Below, piece after piece: positions 24,255 to 25,170 of a stretch of 25,170 nucleotides of DNA; the first letter of the stretch is position 1; each line of letters starts with the position of its first letter. A program made the position numbers and the translations under genes. The notes under the pieces are model-generated. The model did not search any database. It was not told the origin of the DNA and worked only from the letters and a program-made list of their open reading frames with translations. This DNA comes from a virus (taxonomy: Duplodnaviria; Caudoviricetes): positions 1 through 25,170 of the IMG/VR virus record IMGVR_UViG_3300010361_000036. The stretch is one strand, 5' to 3'.

Positions 24255-24607
24255 ACCGGAGCCTGTGGGCCTTCCGGAGTCCGGTACTGGAAGTGCGCCG
24301 CGAGGTATTCCGCTACCGATCGCGTCCGGAGCGGGCCGTTGTACCGGGCCTCGAATACCAGATGGATGATCTCATCTGCCTCGCGCCGGTACGGGAGGCC
24401 GTCCAGGGCCTTCTGGGCTTCCTGGTACGCGCGAGCCCGCTTAACGCGAGCCGTCTCGGCCGGAGACGTGATCTTGTGAAGGCTGGCGATGTACGCCTGT
24501 CCGGCCGGAGTGCCAGCCCGCTCGTTAAGGTCGGCCGCCTCCGATGCGGAGAGCGGACGGTCACCCCATTCCGGGATAACGTCGCCCTCGTGGAATTGCT
24601 CTGTCAT
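24251..24607 (-). CDS. Hypothetical protein (118 aa)
   Basis: AGAAAGGA RBS; starts 1 nt after the upstream stop. Confidence 0.7.
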   Translation of the reverse strand: MTEQFHEGDVIPEWGDRPLSASEAADLNERAGTPAGQAYIASLHKITSPAETARVKRARAYQEAQKALDGLPYRREADEIIHLVFEARYNGPLRTRSVAEYLAAHFQYRTPEGPQAPV

Positions 24608-24608
24608 G

Positions 24609-24935
24609 TTACTGTCCTTTCTGCGTTGCCTTAAGGCTGATAACCCGGAGCGGGCTCGCCGTCTGATAGCAGCCCTCTACTCCCATGTAGTCATTCTCGG
24701 GATCGGGCTCATACGAGCCCGTGGGCTCTACCGCGTAGATATACACATCCCGCCAGTAGCCGAGAATTTCGGCAAATTCCTCGTTACCAAGGAAATCCGC
24801 CCAGTATTCAGCGGCCGTCATGTTGTCGGAAAAGAACACATGCTCCATCGGCTCATCCGCAAAGTTCGCGGGAAAGCCTATGGAGACTAGCTCGCCGTCT
24901 GCTAGCCGTGCCGGGCTCGCGTGGTAGTACGTCAT
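24609..24935 (-). CDS. Arr-like (rifampin ADP-ribosyltransferase family) ART-fold protein
   Basis: ATG 24935 after GAAGGCGAC; YYHAS, L..GE, GFPANF, HVFFS, IYAVEPTG.YE.DP and Y.T..PLRVI parallel the Arr motifs FYHGT, HIYFT, VYxVEPTG.FE.DP and YRS..PLRV. Confidence 0.7.
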   Translation of the reverse strand: MTYYHASPARLADGELVSIGFPANFADEPMEHVFFSDNMTAAEYWADFLGNEEFAEILGYWRDVYIYAVEPTGSYEPDPENDYMGVEGCYQTASPLRVISLKATQKGQ

Positions 24936-25108
24936 GTCGCCTTCCGTCTGGGCCGGAGCCCTAGGGAGGAACCGCACTCGGTGGGGGCTGCCCACTCTGC
25001 TCTATACCGGCCCGGAGGCCGGAGCGGCTGCCTTACGCGGACGGAACGGGCCGGAAGTCCTCTCAGCACCCGTCATATCCCTGTTCCCTAGGGCTCCGGT
25101 AGCTCTCT

Positions 25109-25140
25109 CCAATTGTAGCCTAGATCCGGCCGTTACGCTA
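25109..25140 (-). promoter_or_regulatory. Promoter of the repeated family
   Basis: TAGCGT-17 nt-TACAAT-TGG. Confidence 0.55.
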
Positions 25141-25170
25141 CCGCGAGAGCCGGAGTCAGGCGGCCAGTCC

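Noticed and set aside
25002-25076. 24-codon ORF MTGAERTSGPFRPRKAAAPASGPV after the promoter at 25112-25140
   Set aside because: Has a weak RBS but is too short to support from sequence alone.
1-25170. Stop-codon reassignment suggested by frequent TAG
   Set aside because: Genes tile tightly under the standard code, and TAG stops are followed by new RBS/start signals or terminators.

Overview
This is a GC-rich (roughly 60-65% by eye), gene-dense segment of an actinobacterial phage or prophage, covering its early/replication arm. Almost all genes are on the minus strand. No virion genes, integrase, tRNA or CRISPR array are visible. Recognisable genes: a Cas4-like exonuclease / nucleoside-deoxyribosyltransferase-like / Sak4-like ATPase / SSB-like recombination module, an SNF2 helicase, a GT-A glycosyltransferase, a GIY-YIG-like nuclease, DUF6011- and DUF2786-like proteins, a PD-(D/E)XK nuclease, an RNase H-fold exonuclease, a RuvC-like resolvase, a primase-polymerase followed by a symmetric iteron origin, and an Arr-like ADP-ribosyltransferase. 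Two candidate systems stand out. (1) About 14 gene leaders share the motif (AGGCGAC)GAAAGGCGA-N4-6-start, and a non-coding segment at ~21205-21300 folds into two hairpins whose loops are exact antisense copies of the two halves of that motif, in the order needed for antiparallel pairing. This suggests a phage sRNA controlling a translational regulon. (2) A self-contained operon (DUF2637-like membrane protein fused to an Lsr2-type domain, a TraB/FtsK-like translocase lacking its winged helix, and a small membrane protein) resembles an actinomycete plasmid transfer/spread module inside a phage. All product calls come from motif recognition by eye; no database searches were run.
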